A DNA stretch of 64,000 bases from an uncultured Desulfovibrio sp. (lineage in GTDB: Bacteria; Desulfobacterota; Desulfovibrionia; Desulfovibrionales; Desulfovibrionaceae), in assembly GCA_944327295.1 (NCBI GenBank), contig CALVHF010000002.1:48657-112656 (forward strand), written 5' to 3'. The position numbers were made by a program, and so were the translations under genes. Below are positions 58,745 to 64,000 of this stretch, one piece after another. The notes under the pieces are model-generated. The model was not told where the DNA came from. It saw only the letters and a list, made by a program, of their open reading frames with translations, and searched no databases. Position 1 is the first letter of the stretch; every line of letters starts with the position of its first letter.

Positions 58745-60571
58745 CTATTCGACAGTCACGCTCTTGGCCAGATTACGCGGCTGATCCACGTCCTTGCCGA
58801 GGTAATCGGCCATTTCATAGCTGAACAGCTGCAGAACAGGCAGCACGACAAAGCCGGACATGAAGGAGGGCACGGCAGGCACAATCCACAAATCATCCGC
58901 CGGCAGATCCACACCCGGCGTTGTGACGGCTATGACCTTGCCCTGGCGTGCCTGCACTTCGACCATATTAGACTTGACCTTGGGGAGAAGTTCATCGGCA
59001 AGGCAGATGGCAAAGGTCGGAAAGGCACTATCTATGAGAGCAATGGGACCATGCTTCATTTCACCTGCGGCATAGCCCTCGGCATGAATATAGGAGAGCT
59101 CCTTCAGCTTCAGGGCGCCTTCCAGGGCAAGTGCGTAGCAATGTCCGCGTCCCAGATAGAAGAAGTTCCTGGCCTGGGCGTACTTTCTGGCCAGCAGCTT
59201 AGCCTGGGCATGCATGGACGGAAGCTCTTTCTCCAGTATCTGCGGCAGGGACAGGAGGCTCTTTATGCAGGCAGCCCGTATGTCCTCTGAAACAATCTTC
59301 TTGCGCTGGCCCCAGTAGAGGGCCATGAGTGTCAGCACGAGCATCTGGCTGCACATGGCCTTGGTGGATGCCACGCTGATTTCCGGACCTGCCTGCGTAT
59401 AGAGCACGCAGTCCGCCTCGCGCGCAATGGAGGAACCCACCACATTGCACAGGCCAAGCACCCTGGCGCCACATTCCCTAGCCCTGCGCAGAGCTGCCAA
59501 GGTATCGGCCGTCTCGCCGCTCTGGCTGATGACCAGCACCATCTCGTCTGGCTGGAAAAGCAGCTTTTCCTTGTAGCGGTATTCAGAGGCTATTTCGACC
59601 TGAATGGGAATTTCCGCCAGGGCTTCAATGACATGTCTGCCCCACATTCCGGCATGAGCACTGGTGCCACAGGCCACTATGGACAGACGGCTGGGCACTG
59701 GCAGACTGTCCAGTTCAGGCAGACGTACCTCCTTTGTGTTTTCAAGCAGACGTCCTGCCATGCCGTCGCTCAGGACCTTGGGCTGCTCGAAGATTTCCTT
59801 GAGCATAAAATGTCTGTATCCGCCCTTCTGGGCCGCCTGGACATCCCATTCTATGGTCTGGACGCTGAAGTCCACAGGGCCCAGATCCTGAACCCGGCTG
59901 ATCGCAAAGGAGGAGCTGGTGACATGAACCATTTCTCCGTCTTCAAGGAAAACCACCTTGCGCGTATAGGGAAGAAAGGCCGGGATATCGGAAGCGACAA
60001 AATTTTCACCGATGCCGACTCCGAGAATGAGAGGGGCAGACATGCGGGCTGCGTAGAAGGCATCGGGCTCATCCTTGCTCATGAGGCAGACAGCATAGGC
60101 GCCATGAGCCATGGAAAGCGCCCTGGCAAAGGCCTTGCGCAAGTCCGGTTCAGTCCTGTGGCATTCCTGTATGAGGTTGACCAGGACCTCGGTATCTGTT
60201 TCCGAATGGAAGACATAGCCCTTGGCAGCAAGGTCTTTCTTGATTTCAAGATAGTTTTCTATGATGCCGTTGTGCACCAGAGCCAGAGAGGCATCATTGC
60301 TCAGATGGGGATGGGCATTGCGCACCGCAGGGGCGCCATGAGTGGCCCAGCGAGTATGTCCCATGCCTGTTGTGGCTGTTGAGGGAGCCTGCTCGCTCAG
60401 AAGCTGCTCAAGGGCGCTCAGCTTGCCCTGGGCACGGACCACACGGAATGCGCCCTGCTGTACACAGGCCACACCCGCAGAGTCGTAGCCACGGTATTCC
60501 AGTCTGTGAAGCTCTTCCACCACGACAGGTATGGCAGGACGATGTCCGGCATAACCGACAATTCCGCACAT
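58745..60571 (-). CDS. glmS: Glutamine-fructose-6-phosphate transaminase
   Basis: MCGIVG, EYRGYDSAG, GHTRWATHG, SQSGETADT, GEMKHGPIAL and C-terminal RNLAKSVTVE. Confidence 0.98.
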   Translation of the reverse strand: MCGIVGYAGHRPAIPVVVEELHRLEYRGYDSAGVACVQQGAFRVVRAQGKLSALEQLLSEQAPSTATTGMGHTRWATHGAPAVRNAHPHLSNDASLALVHNGIIENYLEIKKDLAAKGYVFHSETDTEVLVNLIQECHRTEPDLRKAFARALSMAHGAYAVCLMSKDEPDAFYAARMSAPLILGVGIGENFVASDIPAFLPYTRKVVFLEDGEMVHVTSSSFAISRVQDLGPVDFSVQTIEWDVQAAQKGGYRHFMLKEIFEQPKVLSDGMAGRLLENTKEVRLPELDSLPVPSRLSIVACGTSAHAGMWGRHVIEALAEIPIQVEIASEYRYKEKLLFQPDEMVLVISQSGETADTLAALRRARECGARVLGLCNVVGSSIAREADCVLYTQAGPEISVASTKAMCSQMLVLTLMALYWGQRKKIVSEDIRAACIKSLLSLPQILEKELPSMHAQAKLLARKYAQARNFFYLGRGHCYALALEGALKLKELSYIHAEGYAAGEMKHGPIALIDSAFPTFAICLADELLPKVKSNMVEVQARQGKVIAVTTPGVDLPADDLWIVPAVPSFMSGFVVLPVLQLFSYEMADYLGKDVDQPRNLAKSVTVE

Positions 60572-60661
60572 TGTTCAGTTTCTCCTTGAGAAAAGCGCTT
60601 CTCATAACTCACGGCTTTGCACGTCCTGCTTGAGAACAGGCAAAGTTCGCAAACTCATATG

Positions 60662-60720
60662 AAAAAACACTACACCAGCTCGTACTGGCTTATTGCCGTA
60701 CATCTGGTGCAGTGTTTTTT
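60662..60720. terminator. Long hairpin between ppiD and glmS
   Basis: AAAAAACACTACACCAG ... CTGGTGCAGTGTTTTTT (17 bp, 1 imperfect pair) with an inner GTAC-GGC/GCC-GTAC stem. Confidence 0.75.
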
Positions 60721-60779
60721 CTTGTCTCTGACAGAAGGCAGGTACAGGCAAAAGACAAACTTTTCTGTCTGCCGGGCAC

Positions 60780-62693
60780 TTACATATTTTTGCGATCAAT
60801 GATGTCCTGATTGCGGACAAGAATCTCGCTCTTGTTCACAAGATTTTCCAGAAAGGCCTGGAAAAGCCCATTTGCCCGTTCGCGCTGGGTCAGATTGACC
60901 ATGATGCCCTCAAACTGCTGCCATTCCTGGTCCGCAGGATCCTGAATCTGCACAACCCGGCAAATCAGGGCACCACGGCCTTCGGCCGTGGCCACAGTGA
61001 AGACTGTAGGAAGCCACTTTTGGGCTTCTGCCTTGAAGATGGCCTCTTCCAGCTCGGCCTGCGGCATAAAGGGCTTTACACTGGCGCCCCGGTCCACAGG
61101 TTCGGAAAGCTTCAGCTGCTTTTTCCAGACTTCGGCAAGCTTTGTGTCAGCATTCTTCAGCACGCCTTCAAGCTCAGTCTTGGCAGCTTCCAGTCCTGCT
61201 GCAGAGCGCAGCCTGGCGATTACGTCGCTGCGGACTTCATCCAGAGACCTGAAGCTTGCAGGGCTGTTCTCGACAACACGGGCAATAATGTATTGATCCC
61301 CGGCTTCCAGGGGCACGTCCAGGGGCTGGTTCACACCAGTGGACAGGATGGTCTGTGCAGCCTCGGGCGTGACTTTCAGGGTGGAAACCAGCTCTTCACG
61401 GCTCAGCAGGCCGGAGTCTCTTGCTTCCAGTCCACGGGCCTTTGCGGCCTCGGCCAGAGGCTTGCCGAGGATGTTGTCCTCGGTTAGGGCATCCAGAATA
61501 TCACTCAGCTTGTCTCTGCTCTCCTCGGCTGCCACGGCTTCGCGCACACGGGCTTCAGCCTCGACAAAGGACTGAATAGAAGCAGGTTTCTTGCCAGTCA
61601 CAAGAATGAGGTGAAAGCCGAATTCACTGCGAACAGGTTTGGTCACAACACCCTGCTCGGCTGCAAAGGCAGCCTCTTCAAAGGGAGGCACGGTCATGCC
61701 GCGGGAAATCCAGCCAACCCGTCCGCCCTTGTCGGCAGCGTTGGGGGGATTGTGCGCATCGGCCACGGCAGCAAAACCCTTGCCCGAAGCAAGTTCCTTC
61801 TCTATGGCGGCAACCTTTTCCTGAGCCTTGGCAACTTCGGCTTCTGTTGCATTCTTGTCGACAGGAACAAGGATGTGGGAGACTTCAATGCTCTCAGGCA
61901 TATTGAAACGATCCTTGTTCTTTTCGTACCAGGCTCGGGCAGCTTCCTCGGTCACGCTCTCCGGCTTCACGAGGCTCAGGGGATTGACCTCTATGTACTG
62001 CACACTGGCCTTCTGGGGAATAGCGTATTCGAGCTTGTGCTCTTCATAGTACTTGCTGATGTCTGCATCCCCAGGGGTATAAGAAGCACTCTTTTCGCTG
62101 TCGGCCGGCACATAGATGTATTCGAGCACGCGCTTCTGACGCAAAAAATTGAAACGTGCCCTGGCTTCGGTGGCATCGCTCCAGCTGCCGGCCGAAACAA
62201 AGGCCACCATCTTTTCCTGCAGAAGACGTCTGGTCAAATCCTCTTCAAACTGGGCCGGAGACTGGCGGTTGGAGGCAAGAATGTTCTTATAGCGCTCGGG
62301 GTCAAACCGGCCCTGCTCGTCCTGGAAGATTTTCAGCCCCCCCACATAGAGACGCAGCTCATAGGGCGAAACATCCAGATTGTTCCTTCTTGCTTCCTGG
62401 TTGATGAGCGTTTCCGTCACCAGTGTCTGGAAGACCTGAGCTCCAAGCTGCTGCTTTTCCTCGGCAGTCCACGTCTTTCTCGGTGACTGCTGATTGATGG
62501 ATTCCTCGGCATTGCGATAAGCCGTTTCAAACTGCTGGAAGGTAATGGGCTCATCATTGACCGTACCGACCACATTGACATTTCCGGTTTCGGTAAAGCT
62601 ACCTATGCCCCAAAAGACAAACACAAGAATAATGACGCCAAAGGCCACTTTAACGCCGAAGGACTGTGCGTTGGAGCGGATTATATCAAGCAT
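60780..62693 (-). CDS. ppiD: Periplasmic chaperone/PPIase PpiD (SurA N-terminal + rotamase domain)
   Basis: MLDIIR...IILVFVFWG anchor, VSHILV, GGRVGW, PPFEEAAF and VRSEFGFHLI. Confidence 0.9.
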   Translation of the reverse strand: MLDIIRSNAQSFGVKVAFGVIILVFVFWGIGSFTETGNVNVVGTVNDEPITFQQFETAYRNAEESINQQSPRKTWTAEEKQQLGAQVFQTLVTETLINQEARRNNLDVSPYELRLYVGGLKIFQDEQGRFDPERYKNILASNRQSPAQFEEDLTRRLLQEKMVAFVSAGSWSDATEARARFNFLRQKRVLEYIYVPADSEKSASYTPGDADISKYYEEHKLEYAIPQKASVQYIEVNPLSLVKPESVTEEAARAWYEKNKDRFNMPESIEVSHILVPVDKNATEAEVAKAQEKVAAIEKELASGKGFAAVADAHNPPNAADKGGRVGWISRGMTVPPFEEAAFAAEQGVVTKPVRSEFGFHLILVTGKKPASIQSFVEAEARVREAVAAEESRDKLSDILDALTEDNILGKPLAEAAKARGLEARDSGLLSREELVSTLKVTPEAAQTILSTGVNQPLDVPLEAGDQYIIARVVENSPASFRSLDEVRSDVIARLRSAAGLEAAKTELEGVLKNADTKLAEVWKKQLKLSEPVDRGASVKPFMPQAELEEAIFKAEAQKWLPTVFTVATAEGRGALICRVVQIQDPADQEWQQFEGIMVNLTQRERANGLFQAFLENLVNKSEILVRNQDIIDRKNM

Positions 62694-64000
62694 TGGATCA
62701 CCCGAGATTCAGATAGGGATGGGAAGAAAAGGCTGAAGAACAGGAAGGTCTGCGCCTATGACGACGTCTCCGGGGAGAACAGTTCCCCTGAAGACCAGGA
62801 GACATGCCAGGCCTGTTTCGCAAAAGCCCTTGGGAAAAGCTGCTCCCAGAGAGCTGCTGCTCAAAAGGGCATGCACATATTACGCAGGACAGCAAACAAG
62901 TGATGTGCAGCACGCTAAATACTCAAAAAAACGTGCCCCCGCAACAGGACTCTTGGCAGCCCTCCCCGTTATCCTTGGAATCATAACAACTTAACTTCAC
63001 AGCGGCGTGCGGGACATCCTGTCAGAATCTGTCTCTTTTGTTCCATCATGAGAACGGGAAAACAGACAGTCCCGAGTTCTGCAGCAAAATTAAGGATAAG
63101 AGAGTAATTGGTGTATTAAAAAAAATATTCCATTAAACAAATATATTACAACAAGTTATTATACAAACATCCATTTACGCGTTCGCAACGAGCCATCTTC
63201 ACCAAACAACAAGTCACCATTTTGCATCAAATAAAAAAACACCAAAAAAGAAATATTTATATTTGGTGTAATACCAAAACAAAATAGTACACCAAAAAGG
63301 GGAGCGAAACATGCCGAGTCTCTGCGGGGACAATGACCATTGTTATTAGAAAAAAGAAGGAAAAGGACAACAAAATAAATCTCAGCTTCTTCGCAGAGAG
63401 GTTCGTTCACCAACTTGGAGTAATACAGGTCAGAAAACTGTCTATACACAGGCAAAAATGCGTTTGCTCCGTGTATGTCTCGGCACGCTAATTATTGTAT
63501 GAATTTTTGTTATTTTTATGATAATATATATTTTTATTTCAATTATCTTGTCCAGATATTCTGCTGTGCCCCATTCCGAGGACCTGAACGCCTAGCAGAC
63601 ATATTCTCTAAATTATATAAGTAATTACAGTAAATTATCCATAATAAGAACATGTTATAAACATTATATTTTCTATTTATTAAAATGATTCTAAAAAGAT
63701 ATCTAATTTATCGACATTTTCTTCAAAATAGAGTGTGCATAAAAACAGGTACCTGCCGTCACTCAAGTTGAAGTGCCAGAGAATATTTCCTGCCATCCCG
63801 AGCAAGCGACTCTCATAAAAGAATATATATTCCAAATAAATAGATACTTTATAAACATTTTCATCCATTCTTCACCATTGTTCCGTCTTCAAACCATCCG
63901 TCCACAGGGCACCAGCCCCATGTGAAAAAGACAGATCATATCTCTTGTATCATATTGGAATTAAATAAGTTTTATGCAAATGCCTATCGTATGTCCTGGC

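Noticed and set aside
62934-62945. TGCCCCCGCAAC, identical to the 3' end of tRNA-fMet (possible att core) near the AT-rich boundary
   Set aside because: Only 12 nt, inverted relative to the tRNA and on its 5' side. The interval holds core genes and no integrase. About one chance 12-mer match to a 77-nt tRNA is plausible in this window.
63635-63643. TTATCCATA, a DnaA-box-like word in the AT-rich end (possible oriC)
   Set aside because: One or two imperfect boxes only, no cluster, and no dnaA/gidA context in the window.
63159-63868. Short ORFs at 63159-63455 and 63680-63868
   Set aside because: Low-complexity, Phe/Tyr/Ile-rich translations typical of non-coding AT-rich DNA, with no clear RBS.

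Overview
A GC-rich (about 60%) chromosomal segment, most likely from a Desulfovibrionaceae sulfate reducer. This is inferred from the decaheme dhcA-rnfCDGEAB-apbE operon, a ccm operon whose CcmE has CxxxY, and a Re-citrate-synthase-like DRE-TIM enzyme. Most genes are housekeeping: plsY (partial), an RNase II/R family gene, aconitase-family hydratase, serS, mutL, rpsA, sppA, hypF, RsmB/F methyltransferase, purD-purE, an aminotransferase, sfsA, paaK, cls, glmS and ppiD. There are three tRNAs: a tandem duplication of tRNA-Ala(GGC) and one tRNA-fMet. The accessory part lies around tRNA-fMet (about 31.5-40.5 kb). It holds pdxST with a divergent MocR regulator and a 21-bp-phased operator array, an orphan HipA-like kinase, and an uncharacterised three-gene cluster. 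That cluster is a Fem-like GNAT fused to a TraB/TIKI protease domain, a paralogous stand-alone Fem-like GNAT, and a radical SAM/SPASM-Twitch enzyme. It is the best candidate here for an undescribed system. Other oddities are a TauE/SafE gene with two lesions, an RnfC with eroded flavin/NADH motifs, a 7TM-DISM sensor without a kinase core, and a small CcmD missing from the ORF track. No CRISPR array, integrase, transposase or rRNA was seen. All assignments come from motif recognition by eye, with no database searches.
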